Origin: Callorhinchus milii
Lineage: Eukaryota
Length of the DNA: 64,000 nt
Direction of reading: 5' to 3'
NCBI RefSeq assembly: GCF_018977255.1
Contig: NW_024704745.1
Location: 45,322,001 to 45,386,000 of the forward strand
Shown in pieces: positions 1-12,817 of the stretch; position 1 is the first letter of the stretch, and each line of letters starts with the position of its first letter. The notes under the pieces are model-generated. The model searched no databases, was not told where the DNA came from, and saw nothing but the letters and a program-made list of their open reading frames with translations. The position numbers and the translations under genes are program-made.

Positions 1-1244
1 ACATTTTCCGATGTTTTCAGGTTCTGTTTGTTTTTCTGTGCAAGTGTAGTTCCTCAAATCATATTCACTCTAAAACGGCAAAAATTGTGGATCTTCTGTA
101 AACTGTCTGCCATAAAGCACAGAATTTCTCTGACCATTTTTTTAAAAAAACTCTCAAATGAAAATATGATCCAGGTACCTTGCTAGTACCTGTAATGTTA
201 ATGGTTGATTCTATTGCACAGGCTTTGCAAGGGACATTTGTGAGGAACGGCTGGAGGGAAATGAGACCAAATGTTCAGAATGAAGCAGAGCATTTCCAAG
301 AATTTTGTTTGGTTGTAAATAGTCTTCATTGGAATAATGACACAATGATACCTGAGACCTGTGATTCATGCTGTAGGAGATGAACAGTATATTGCTTCTA
401 TAACACTGCAGTGTTGAACTAATACAGGGAAGCCATTTGAGGGTTTGGAGTGCACTTCATTCACTTGGGATATGCAATGAAACTTGCCAAAATGGGAGAG
501 TTTTTTTTTGCTGAGTCTGTTACTGTCTCTGTTCTATTTGCTGTGAAAATGATTCTCTGGCATTTGTCTGGAGCAGCAGCAACAAGAGTGCAAATTTTAC
601 GTTGCAGTGATTAATGTTGGAAGGAAAGCAAAGTGTAAGTGTGATTTAAAATTCAAACCCAAGATAAAGATAAGAGTTTTCAATCCCACAACACTTGGCG
701 TCATTGAAGATCAGAGAGCTTACACAAAAGAGCACAGCACTTCCTTCCTCTCTGGTGCTTAAAACCCATTTGCTGTTGAGAGTTATTGTGGTTCTATATC
801 TTCATTTTAACATTGAAAGTACCAGGATACTCTACACTTGACTGATTGAGATTGTTAAGAGGGAGACATGTTTTATGCACCATCTTTTGCTTGCAGGTCC
901 AGACAGCTAACCAATTTCTTTTGTAGAGTGCTGTTTTCATTTGGTTAGCTTGTCCATAGTTTGTTTCTACCAAAGTAAGCCATAGAGAAAACAATGAATG
1001 CAGTTTGTGACCATAATTGTTCTTTTAGTTGTCTTTGCAATATCAAACCCGATCATTAAGGCAGGACGTTGGTTACGCACATGTTTCTTGCTTCACTTCT
1101 ACTGTCAGCAAATTACACCACACAAGCCAAGTGCTTCCTGCACTAGGGAGGGAATCTTGGTTAAAAACAGTCTCTTGAAGTGCACACATGCATTTTCTGG
1201 CCTTTAGCTTGAGAGCAGCTTTACAGATTTGTTTCAGGTTTTAT

Positions 1245-1545
1245 ATCAGCTAATTGATCTACAGTTCAGATACTCCTCGCTCTCTCCTTATATCTGAGTC
1301 AGATAGAGTTTCAGACAGTCAGTCAGAGCACCTATTACGTCAAGCCCTAGAAGATGAGCTTGCAGATGAGTAGGGATGACTATCTGCATTGCCTGTGGAC
1401 AAATTGGTGGCAAGGACACTGTAGCAATTGCAATGACAGGGATTTTACCATCACTGAGGAAAGGAATCAACCAATATCACAAATTGCATGGCTGCTGATG
1501 GAAATCCTTTTGGATCCTAACAAACATTTTGGGCTCCAGTTAGTA
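1245..1545 (+). mobile_element. Decayed PIF/Harbinger transposase fragment (C-terminal catalytic half)
   Basis: Manual translation with frameshifts gives ordered motifs LIDLQFRY, DRVSD..LRQALED, VGDD..ALP and EER.N..IS..A...ME(N)PFGILTN.F. These resemble Harbinger LVDA.Y.F.Y, GR.SD..L..ALE, VGD.AFPL and E..FN..LS.AR..VENAFGIL..RF. The family match is from recall, not a database search. Confidence 0.45.
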
Positions 1546-1617
1546 CAGTCCAGCTTCTCCCTAGGCCTTGAGGATACTCAATATTAACCAATCAGAGAGG
1601 GTCATCATCATCATCAG

Positions 1618-1950
1618 AATAATAATCCTTGCACTTGATACAGTGACTTTGTTGTTGCGATGTCTCAAAGAGCTTTACGGGATATACTGCAGTAAAGCAA
1701 AATGTGCCAGTCAGTTTGCACACAGCAATGCCCCACAAATAGCCATGGTATGACCAATTTTGTTTGGAGGATTGTTAGTCAAGACACGAGTAGAAACTCC
1801 CTTCTCTTTTCGAGTAATATTATCGGATCTTCAACATCCACCTAACAGACAGATGGGACCTTGGTTTAATATCTCATGCAAAGGACAACATCTCCGATAA
1901 TGTCATACCCACCCAGCACTGCAGTGGAGTGTCATATTATTATCTGCACA
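1618..1950 (-). mobile_element. Old Deu-domain SINE relic
   Basis: (AAT)n-CCTTGCA tail, GCACACAGCAATGCCCCACAAA Deu segment, and CTTGGTTTAATATCTCATGCAAAGGACAACATCTCC Deu core on the minus strand. Confidence 0.75.
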
Positions 1951-3064
1951 TCAACATAGAAGTGTTGACGTGGTGCCTTTTCCTTTGCCTGTCGCAGAGG
2001 TCCATTCTCGTCTAACAAAGGATACGAATCCCTGTAGCTCTGCTAAGTTCTGTTGTCCTCTTTATACATCCAGATACTCTTTGATCCTGTCATTATCCCG
2101 ATAACTGTCTTATATTACAATAAATGTTTATGGCTAATTGTAGAAGTTGTGATTATTTTTGGGGAGTTTGTTTATTTGCATTGATTTAATATATTGCTAT
2201 TTCTGTTCATTGGTGTTACTCTTGCAAAAATCTAATAAATAGGGATGAAGAATAGTGGAGAACATGAGTATCAAATTCCAATAAATAACGCATAGCTCTT
2301 CCTATGTAGAACCCAATATGTAATCTTTGCAGCAATTTATAATAAGACCAATGGGAATGAGGCTGTGGGAAGCTTTCCTGGAGGATTGTTTCATGCCTGG
2401 TGGACTCATATTGAAAACAAACACATGGAAGGAAGGTCTTCTCTCTTAAAGGTCACAGATGAATTAATCCAAATAGTCTCAAAAGCAATGCATTTTGACC
2501 AAAGTCCATGCCGCAGCAGTGCCCTGAATCCTGTAGCAGCTGAAATACTTCTGGCTGATCAGAATGCCCGTAAAATGAAAGATTCTACAGTACTTCCACT
2601 GCTCCCTCAAGGGACAGATTCTATACGTTTTCATACATTCAGCTTTCCTGGTGTCATTGGAAATGACTCAAATGCAGTGAATATTCAGCATTCATTTCAG
2701 GTCTGGCAATTAGTATGAAATAATTGTGTGATGATGCAGATGTGAGATTCCCTGTAAGAAATCTGCAAATGGCACAATTGTACATTTCTGCTATTGTTGT
2801 TTTTAAAAGACTGTCAATCAGCAAATTAATGTATTTTTAAAAGCTCAAATGATATGAACAGTAGAGTGCTTAGCTTAAATTATGAACAAATAGCTGAGAT
2901 GAGAACAAAGCCAGTGTTGAATTAATTTGAATATTCAGAACTTCAAATCACAGACCTATGCACCTATGAAAAGGATAATTTCCTTTTGCAGCTTTAATTT
3001 GGATTACATTGCGTCCAGAAGATAGCCATGCTGCTGAATAGTACGTGTCCTGTACCATTGCAGA

Positions 3065-3097
3065 TGTGTGCCTTTGGGACCTGTGTGCCTTTGGGAC
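3065..3097. repeat. Short tandem duplication (TGTGTGCCTTTGGGAC x2)
   Basis: Two exact 16-bp copies separated by one base. Confidence 0.9.
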
Positions 3098-3147
3098 TAT
3101 CCCGACAGTTTGGATGTTAGTTTATGGTAGACACTGTATCATCTGGA

Positions 3148-3394
3148 CCGGCAGGGTGAAACCTTGGGAAAGTTTCCTTACTCCACACGCCTGATAATAA
3201 TCCCTCAAAAAAAACAATAATAAATTGGTCATTTCAATCCACAACTGTTTGTGGGACACTGCTGTGCGCAATTGGCTGCCGCATTTCGCCCACAAATATA
3301 CAGTCAATTCACTTTACAGTCTACTCTGTGAAGCATTTTGAGATGGCTAGAAGACGTGAAAAGCGCTATATCAAATGCAAGGATTATTATTATT
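3148..3394 (+). mobile_element. Young tRNA-CORE-Deu SINE, 5'-truncated
   Basis: Body and (TTA)n tail match the full copies at 13639 and 14183; the tRNA head is missing. Confidence 0.9.
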
Positions 3395-4828
3395 CACTGG
3401 TCATGACTGCTCCAAACTCCTACCTAGTGTTTTACTAACTTTGTAATGGGATGCGGTGTGTTTTGCTCTTGGTGAGATAAAAAGTATCACACCTGTATCT
3501 GAAAATGCTCAAAGTTGAGCAATATTGACAATATAATGATAACAGTATTCTTTGAGGCTAGTATATACATGAAGCACAAGCAAATTGTTCAGTATCTAAT
3601 CCATACTAGTTTTGTTATCAAATCATATATAGTATTTCTATCCCTTTAATTGGGAAATAATAAAATATATCCAGCAGTATAAGGAGCCTCCATGGTGCAG
3701 CACATTGATGATTTTAAAGGGGGAATCAATGCTTTAAAAATAACATTAAACGATAACACAAGTGAAGAGAAGGTAACTTATGTAAAGAAAAACACCAGCA
3801 CAACAAAATCGAAAATAAGACCCTGACTTGTTACTTATGCTTCAATACAGAAAAACCTAGACTTTGAGAGAAATAAAATTGCCTCAGCTGGTTATTTTCT
3901 TTTCGTGTGTTTTTTTTTGTGTCTGCTCAAAAATACCGTCAACCTCAGGTCAATACATACTCCAAAATATCTTGTTTTTAATTAGCATATCTGAACATTC
4001 CAGTGATGTAAAGTTAATCTACCACAAGGAAAACTGGAACGTAAAACAATGAAACATTCCTGAGCTGGGCATTTGGATAAATTGAAGATTCAGATCTTAC
4101 GTCAATTCAAGCTTTCTTGTGGTCTTTCACCAAGCAGCACTGCACTGAGCAGCATGATAAATGTTTCAGCTTGTATCGTCAGACAATGGTGTCATTCTAA
4201 CTGATTGATGCGTGTGTGTACATTATAGTGAAATCTTCGTCTTATAGCCCTCAAACTCAAACACTGTGATATTGGTTACAAGGCTCTTCATTTCCACTGA
4301 TGGAGTACATTACTAATTTGTAACTTGATGGTTGAACTAATTACATTGTTACTTATTGAAACCAAAGGACAGTGGATTTGAAGGTGAAGAAATTGATTCA
4401 GGTGGGGTTGGCAGGTTAATGGAATCAGGAAGTTATTTGGTTCATCAGCACTACTGGTGACAGCTTCCACTCCTATTGTATCTAACTGTAGGCATTCCCA
4501 ATAAAATATAGTCACTACACATGACAGTACATCCTCTGAAGCATTTTAAGGCATCATCCTGTCATGAAAGGGAAGGTGTTGCATCAAATGCAAGATTATT
4601 ATCGCTCTTCTCTGACTCCCCTAATCTTTTTGCATACTCTTCAATATCCAGCTCTTTTTTATCTTTCAGCAAATATCCTCACACAATGTGGAGGATTGCT
4701 CACTATTTTTTTCTCTCTCAAATACACATTTGTATATTTGCATTCCTAAAATAACTATACAATTAGTTCTTATTGATTATTTTCAGCAGATAATTTTGAC
4801 CATTTTCATTTCAAGAATATAATATATT

Positions 4829-5141
4829 AATAATAATAAACCTTGCATTTGATAAAGCGCTTTTCATATCTTCTCGGTGTCTCAAAGCACTTCACAGAAT
4901 AGACTGTAAAGTGAATTGACCATATATTTATGGGCGGAACGCGGCAGCCAATTGCGCACAGCAGTGTCCCACAAACAGTCGTAGATTGAAAATAACCAAT
5001 TTATTATTGTTTTTTTTCTTGAGGGATTATTATCAGGCGTGTGGAGTAAGGAAACTTGCCCAAGGTTTCGCCCTGCCTGGAATTGAACCCAGGTGTCTTG
5101 CTTGCAAGGCGAGTGCTCTAACCACTGAGCTACAGCAATCC
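4829..5141 (-). mobile_element. Young tRNA-CORE-Deu SINE, short form
   Basis: Full reverse-complement copy with A/B-box head and (TTA)n tail. Confidence 0.95.
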
Positions 5142-5213
5142 ACAAGACATGCCAATAAAACATTAGAATTTATTTATTATTTAAAATTGATCAATTTATT
5201 GCTTTAACCGTGT

Positions 5214-5277
5214 CAGCGCCTTTGGACATCCTCCCGACATGAAATTCAAATGAAATCTTATTGTTTTTGTTGTTGTC
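5214..5277 (+). mobile_element. L2 3' hairpin-plus-tail fragment
   Basis: CAGCGCCTTTGGACATCCTCCCGACATGAAA...TCTTATTG(TTG)n matches the 3' end of the L2 copies at 39030 and 59241. Confidence 0.8.
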
Positions 5278-7022
5278 ATGAATGATATGGTTATACATTG
5301 TTTAATCTCCATATTTTACATGCCTTTTTTCTTAAAAAAATTTCAATGGCATTTAGCTTCTTTAACAATAAAATTTACTTGAACTTATTGATGCAATGCA
5401 TCCCCCTCCAAAACACAAGCCCCTCCAATGCTTACTGATGATTCTAACCTACACTGGTTTTGCAATTCTCTTCATTTTATATTGAAATACTAAGATTTTA
5501 CAACTGGGAAACGTTCTGTGAACAAATATGTAATTCAATGCAATTTTTGAGTTTTGCAAAAATGTTGACAAAATTAATTTTAAATGCCTTAACATCAGCC
5601 AGGATCCAGTGTCAGTCTGAGAGCATCTGCCTCACCAGAAATATCCCCTGAAAGGGTTAAAATCATAAAAGGTCAATACTAGCTTTGCAATTATTGCTTT
5701 GTTTGACTTTTAACCTTCTGCTTCTCATCTGATCTACTCAGAATGCTTAATGATAACTTTTTGTCTTTACTACTCTAATTTAATGACCTTGAATTGTTAC
5801 ACAAATCAAAATTTTCCTCTTTGAAAGGAAAATGTTTTAAAATAAAACCACTTCTGTAATTGAATATGTTGCTTTTATATTTGTTCCAGACCCTTGCGGT
5901 TCTTGGCAGCACAAAGAGAAACTAGGAGGTTAAATTTACTCTGGCGTTTAGAAAAGTACAGAGAAAACAGAAGAGATAGCAAGTTTAGATTTTTTAAAAT
6001 ATATATCCAAATGAGCATTCTATGAGAGTGTACTTTGATATGCAGTGTAAGGCATTGCTTTTAAACAGATTTAGTCATGGCCAATTGTAACTTGAGAATC
6101 ATCTGTGAATAGCTGCTGAGGTCCCAACAGGGTTTCAGCAGAATCATGTAAAACTGAAGTTGTTTGGAAACAAAGTATTTTGAATGCTTTGTAACTAATT
6201 TTAATACAGACGGAGTTTAAAGCTATCCCAATCACAGCAATTTGTATATTGGAAGAGTAGCTGTAACATATGATGATGTCTTCCAGTTTAGCTCTGCTTT
6301 TTGAGGGAGCATTTCAGCTATCACTCTTAAATAGAAAGTTTCCTTAAGTTCATAGGGCAAAGCATTCAGTTAACACCAAGAGGTGTGCACATGAATGAAC
6401 CATGATTATGGTTTATAATTGAGGGAGAGAAAAAATCTGGAATAAAGACCTGATTTTCAAGCATAGCTCCTGGCCTCCTTACATTTGAAGCCTTTTTTAA
6501 TAGCATTGGCTTCACTTTCATGCCGTTCACCGGGACTCCGGAGCCATGACATAACGGGTATAAATTGAGCAGGGCCATTCGGGAGGAATCACATTTGATG
6601 GTAGATAGAGACCCCAGGCAATTCCAGCATATCTCCCAATGACTGCTTACAAACTGGATCTGACAGAGAGTTTGAAACCAATGTCTGTGGCTGCTCCCAC
6701 CTTGGGGCAATGATGTATGGAGAACTGTAATGAAGGAGGAAAATAAGTGATGGGGAGAAACACTACTAAGAACTGATATTTGAGTTCCTTGTTATCTTTC
6801 CCTGCTCCAGGATGCTCAGTGTGATCGTTTTCTCTCCAGCAGATTCCATAGTATAAAACGTGTTCATATGGAGCAGAGCTGATTGTCCTCATTACGTGGC
6901 TTCCTGGTATAATATATCAAACCAGATAAAGGTTTAACCTTTTACGGCTTCTGCTATTTGTAGAGAAGAACCATCTGAAACAGAAACCAGAATACTGATT
7001 GCTTTAACCATAGGCAAAGTAG

Positions 7023-7035
7023 GTTGCTAGGTAAC
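7023..7035. promoter_or_regulatory. RFX X-box-like motif GTTGCTAGGTAAC
   Basis: Near-palindromic match to the RFX X-box consensus within a TE-poor stretch. Motif match only. Confidence 0.3.
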
Positions 7036-7301
7036 AGAGTACAGTAGAAAAAGCATTGGTTTACAAACAGCAATTATAGTTGATACCAGTATACTTATGA
7101 GAATTGTTATTAAGGTTTAGTGTGCTAGAAATTATTTAATCGAGTCTCTTATCTAGGAATGAAGAAACATATGCTTGGAGAAGGGAGGTGACATGAGATT
7201 AAGTTGCAAATCAGAAGGACCTTAGTTACAGCAACAAAGCATTTCCCATCTGGTCAAGGAATTGTATTTGTTGTTATGAGGGTTTACAATGGTAAGTGTA
7301 A

Positions 7302-7383
7302 TGATTGCTCACCGTGTCTGACCTGTAAGTCACATTATGTGACACAGCAACCAGGTGTACAGGTCAGACCTGATGAGGAATCA
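7302..7383. repeat. Imperfect inverted repeat (hairpin)
   Basis: Perfect 12-bp arms GTCTGACCTGTA (7316-7327) and TACAGGTCAGAC (7358-7369), extended by TGATTGCTCA/TGAGGAATCA. The loop contains the palindrome GTCACAT-T-ATGTGAC. Confidence 0.85.
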
Positions 7384-10074
7384 CTTTCTTAGTTTCAGGT
7401 ATGTTTGCACCAGGTACCAAATTGAGGTGATCAGATTACCACGCTTGCATCTGTTTCACTTTATTTGAGGTGATATTTGTGCCTCAATTATGAGATTCAG
7501 AAAGGATTTGTAAGTATCAAATCTAGTCAGTACCCAGATCCATCTGAATGGAACCTTCCAGTAATCTTGCTTGCAAGCTAATTTGAGCTCTCAATGTCTA
7601 AAGTCAGATTGTAATGTATGTGGCTACTAGGACTCAGCAGAACATCATGTCACTTAATGCTTCACATCATATTGGTTAGGAGATTTATTTTTTACGTAAA
7701 GGGTAGTAGAATTCTCTGCATACAAAATACACCATCACTGCACTTTAAAGAAGTCTAGTGAAGCTCTTTGAGACATCCTCCCGACATGAAAGATGTGGAT
7801 ACTTAATTAGAGATTGCACATCAAGTGACAGCCTGGCTCGGTTGGTACCCTTTTCACCTCTGTTCAAAGGTTGTAGGTTTCAACTCGGTCTCAGCAGTGC
7901 AATTAATTTCTTGAAATGAGAATTGGAAAAATGTTTGAAGAAAAAGAATATTAAATGGGGAACCAGACTAGATTAAGTGGCTCGGATAGAGAATAAAACA
8001 ATGCATTGGGCCAAATAGCCTTTTTTCTGCTGTCATGTAAAATGATTCTATTGTACAAGCAACTGTCGTATGTAAGCACCTTGAAGAGAGAATTAGGATT
8101 GGGGAAATTGGAGGGAGCAATAAAAGAAATGAGGCTAGAGTTGGATGATAAGCTTTTTAGAAGCATTTCCTGTGTACACTATAGAAATTATAACTTTCAC
8201 AGTTCAGCTATTTCCTTGAATCAGCTGAAGTCAGTGCAAGTGTCACAGACATTACGTGAATTACTCTTTGAGTGACTGCATTCTTATTGGATTAATAATT
8301 CAACTTTCGGTCCTTTCATGTTTTGTAACTCTTTCACAGGGGCAGACTATGATTTTCTCACATGTTGCAGACAGATGAGACCTGCCCCCTGGTGCTCGCT
8401 GGTGCCTACAAATAGAGCAAAGTGGAAATAATTATAATATGAATGATAACCACCATTACAGAAGGAAAATAAGACTAATAATTATAACCTAATATAAAGC
8501 AAAACCTAAGATTTCCCTAGATCTGGCACATTGTATAAGACAAGATTAATAGGAGGGTCATTTTGTGTTGTGGAATGTTCGTAGTTTGGGAAAATGTGGG
8601 TTTTCTGCCACCCAGTGGCCATTATCTGTTCTGACAAGGATAGTGCATGTTTACTTCTGTTCAGTACCAGGTTCCCTTCAACCTTTAGCTCATTTCAAGG
8701 TGTAATATGCGACATTATCTCGCAGACATAATAAGGAAACATGAAAGTAGTGTGTGTAATACCAACTCTGCTCCTATGAGATGTAAGTTTGGAATTGAGC
8801 TCCCGTTCGCATTGGGTGTATTATGCACTTCCGCTTACCAAGCAGAATTCCTACTCAGTTTACCTATTAAGGGGTTGTGCTAGTAGTTATAATAAATATT
8901 AATAATCTATACATTTTCTATAGTGCCTCCCACGTCAGAAGGACATTCCAAAGTGCTTCAAAGGACACACTCCAAAGTGGAGTAACTATTTTGTGGGCAA
9001 ACTGTGCAGCCAATTTGTGTGAGGTAATGTCCCACAAACAGCCATGAAATGAAAAGGATTTACTGTCTAGTGACCATGTAATTTATATTCCAGTGCACAT
9101 CCTAATAGGTTCACTTCTTTCATCCCTTCAACATCAATAAAATGAATATTACGCCTTAACAAAAACTCCTGTGGAGAGATTGGTAAACAAGGTATTCCTG
9201 GGGCTGAACATGCTCCAATGAGATCTGTTTGACAAAGCCATTCAGGTTTGCAATAATTCAAGGTACTTTTAATGGAGAACCAGCCTCTTTGGCTCATTGA
9301 CGCATAAATGTTCTCAAACATTTAACAGGTTCTCCTAGCTGTACAAGTACCATGGTATGTGGTCACCAAAACTAAAAGCGTTAACGAAATCATATTAACT
9401 ATTATTGTATTTAAAAAACTGATGATAGGAGAAACTAGAGGTGGGAAATTGTTTATTTTTTGTATATACCAAAAAGACACAAAGGTTCACTGATGCCAGT
9501 TAATTAGCACCGGTGACACCAAGGATTTGCTCAGTGTTAAAATTCCAGAAAAGTGTCACAGTTTGAATCCTGTTGTAATCTTTTCCATACACATCTAGTG
9601 TAATAAGATTTTATCGCACAGCAAAAAGCCGTTTAAACCAATGTTTTTTCTTTTATCTACAAAGCACTTCTATTCTGCAAAATAACTATAGTCAGACTCA
9701 AGTGTGCAATTCAGACAGATCAAATCCTGGATGTTTAACAAATAAATATCAAATTAAATTTCTGCCAAAATCCCCACTTGTTTTCCTTTTCTCTAAGATT
9801 TGTTCAGTGCTTCACAGAGAAAGAGAAGGAAGTCTTGGCAACATAGAGGACTCGGGATGTAATCTCTAATTATGCATCCCACACACACGTATATTGGAAA
9901 ATGTTGTTTGATTTTAACAAACAATTTTAATTGTGTTGTCAATGCAAACTGTCAATTACGGCCCATTCAATTCGCAAATAAACCTGTACCATGGTCACAC
10001 CCCAATTTTATTTGTACTGTCCACTACAACATTTTCCAAAATATATTTTGTATGGGATGCATAATTAGGCATGA

Positions 10075-10405
10075 CACACAGTGTCAGCCTGTCTAAGTGG
10101 ATTGCCATCCTTCCGAAGAAGTGCCATCCTTCGGATGAGATTTTAAACAGAGGTCCTGTTCAGATGAAAGTTAAAGATCCCATGGCATGATTTGAAAAGT
10201 AATAGGAGTTTCCCTAGTACCATGGCCAACAAGCCCCCTCCCTTCTCCACCCAACCAATAAGAAAAAAAATGTCATTTGTTTCATGGCTGCTTGAGGATG
10301 TGGTTGTGCGCAAGTTAGCTGCCACATTTTGCGTATAAAGAACAATTACTACCACTTAACAGTAAATCCTCCTGATGTGAAATGCTCCATACAAATGTAA
10401 CTGGT
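10075..10405 (+). mobile_element. Old Deu-domain SINE relic
   Basis: GTGCCATCCTTCGGATGAGATTTTAAACAGAGGTCCTG...GTTAAAGATCCCATGGCA Deu core, followed by GTGCGCAAGTTAGCTGCC and a decayed L2-type tail. Confidence 0.8.
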
Positions 10406-10899
10406 TGTTGTGGGTCTTGCCTCACCACAGAATAATCGCTTTCTATCACTCCACAATTAGCACCAACTGAATGACAGAGCCTCTAGAACAAATAAAGTAG
10501 TGTACTTTAGAACTGCGGGTGAGCAGGATTGAAATGGGAACTATTTGGTAGCGGTAAGTATTGAAATGAACTATCTTGCGGGTAAATTGACAGCTAATGC
10601 AGTGAGTGCTGCACTTCTGAGTAAAGTGGTGCATTAATGAAAATGCAGGACCTGGAAGTTTTATTTTGTGATGCCAAACACCACTTACATGGCAAGTGTT
10701 AACGACAAAACTCAAAGTATTTGCCTCAAAATAATATTAATAATCAATAATAAAATGAATTCTGATAACAAATCCTGTCATTATTTGGATTACAATCCCA
10801 GAAAAGGTGGAAGAGAAGAGCAGCTTGTCATTTAAATCATTCGAGATGGGTATACCCTGAGCAAAAACAGCAGCTTCCTCTTCTAATTAATCACTCCGA

Positions 10900-11660
10900 G
10901 TTACATAGATTTGCAGAGAACATTATAGCAATGGAACCAAGCCATACGGCCCAATTAGTTTGTGCCAGTATTTATATCACATGATTCTTCACCTTTCCTG
11001 ATCTTTCCCATTTCTATCTCTTCTCCCTCATGAATTGCACCAAGATTACTCTTAAATGTATGTTGATGACATCTGTTAATTTTTACACCAAACCTATGTT
11101 GAATATTAATCATTTGTGTACGTGGTGAACATTCTCGGTCCTAATAACGATATCTGTGGAACACCATTTCCTATTTCTTGGCAGTCTGAGAAGCTGCCTT
11201 TTACTCCTGGTCTTTTTTCCCCTTTTCCAGCCATCTCTCAGTCCATTCTATCTTTCCTGTAACTCCACATGCCCTGATTTAGCCATGGTCCCCTGCATGG
11301 CACCTAATCAAAGGCCTTCTGGAAATCCATGTAAATCAGATCCACTGCATTTTCTTAACTACTTTATCTGTTACTAATTCAAAGATTTTGCAAAAATTTG
11401 CTAAAGTTGCTAAAGAGACTCATGTAGATAAATTCTGTCATGGATCGTCCTTTCATAAATCTAGGCTTGCTGTTTTTAATTACAATTCTTTCCCTACTGA
11501 ATTTACAGCATACAGTTCTGGTCAGTGCAATATAAGGAGGCTACCCAGGCCCAAGATGCAGTTCAGAGGAGAGCAACAAAGATGATCTCCAGTGAACGTT
11601 AAACGTGACACGACTCACATGGACTGTCTTTTCATAAATCTATGCTTGCTGTCCTTCTCG
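10900..11660 (-). mobile_element. Rearranged CR1 LINE relic
   Basis: CR1-type 3' tail near 10900-10970; RT motifs on the minus strand (GVPQ-like near 11150-11168, FMKGRS near 11440-11470); a plus-strand QFWS..YK..VQRRATKMI piece at about 11505-11590. Confidence 0.65.
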
Positions 11661-11676
11661 AGAAGCTTAGGTATTT

Positions 11677-12035
11677 ATAATAATAATCCTTGCATTTGAT
11701 ATAGCACCTTATCACGTCTTCGAGACATCTCCAAGTGCTTCACAGACTACACTCTAAAGTGGATTGACTCATTTTTGTGGGCAAAAGGTGCAGCCATTTT
11801 CCCATAGCAATGTCTACAAACAGTTGTGGATTGAATGACCAAATTATTATTTTTTCTTTCAAAAGGATTGTTACCCCCAGAAAATGATCAACCAATAGAC
11901 TAACAACTGGGTTCCTATTTACTGCAAGGTAAGCAAAGGCGTGTGGAGTAAGGAAATTTGCCTAACATTTGGGAAATGAACCCGGGTCCTCTCGCTTGCA
12001 AAGCGAGTGCTCTAACCGATATGCTACAGGACTCC
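11677..12035 (-). mobile_element. tRNA-CORE-Deu SINE, long form
   Basis: Head and tail as in the other copies, plus the ~60-bp internal segment also seen at 22842-22903. Confidence 0.9.
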
Positions 12036-12214
12036 ACATTCGCTACGGATTATATTAGACTCCCTCCAGTTCTATGGCACAATTCTTTCCCTGCTGAATT
12101 AAAGCATACAGTTTTGGTCAATGTGATATAAGGAGGCTATCCAGGCCCAAGATGCAGTTCAGAGGAGAGCAACAAAGATGATCTCCAGTGAACGTTAAAC
12201 ATGACACGACTCGC

Positions 12215-12430
12215 AAAGAGAAGGGAGTTTCTCCCGGTCTCCTTGTCAACATTTTCTCCAGATTACCCCACTGATTCACTTCTTAGCTGTTTGTGGGACA
12301 TTACTGTGTGCAAATTGGTTGCCACATTTGCCTACAAGTACAGAGTCACTATATCTCAGAATAAAATCTTGTGAAACCATATGAGATGTCTCAACAACAT
12401 AAGTTGTTATATGCAATGCAAGGATCCTTA
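12215..12430 (+). mobile_element. Old Deu-SINE 3' half
   Basis: GAGAAGGGAGTTTCTCCCGG...GCTGTTTGTGGGACATTACTGTGTGCAAATTGG...ATGCAAGGAT. Confidence 0.75.
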
Positions 12431-12817
12431 TTTTTATACTGCTAGCAGTGGTGTTACATTGCTTCCATTGATAGAGGGACTTAGAGCAACTAAATACATG
12501 GGGAGAACTTTGCAAGATGTTTTAAAGCAAATGGAAGCATTGCAACACAGCATGCAGGCTCCAATTACAGAATTGGGTCACACAGTCCAAGTACTGCTCA
12601 TAACTGATTTTGTCTACAGGGGGGAAAAAACCCAAGAAGATAATTCAGATGACAGTTTATATGATAGCATATCTGTTTTATGAGGATGGAATTGTCTGCA
12701 GGGAGTGCTTCTTGGGACTCTGAAGAGACTGACTAACTGCTGGTTTGTCCAACTTGTTCCGGTATTAAGCAGTATGTGCGTCATTGGATCAAAACCATGC
12801 TATATTACTAGCATATG

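Noticed and set aside
170-520. N-terminal part of a Harbinger transposase (RYLAS, LHSL..ICNE)
   Set aside because: The motifs are too short, and their spacing to the 1245-1545 relic is too long to support a separate call.
2365-2718. 117-aa ORF
   Set aside because: GTG start, no recognisable domain and no convincing splice context.
11482-12212. LTR element or giant TSD suggested by 135-bp direct repeats around a SINE
   Set aside because: The repeats are CR1 coding remnants from a tandem duplication; there are no TG..CA ends, PBS or PPT.
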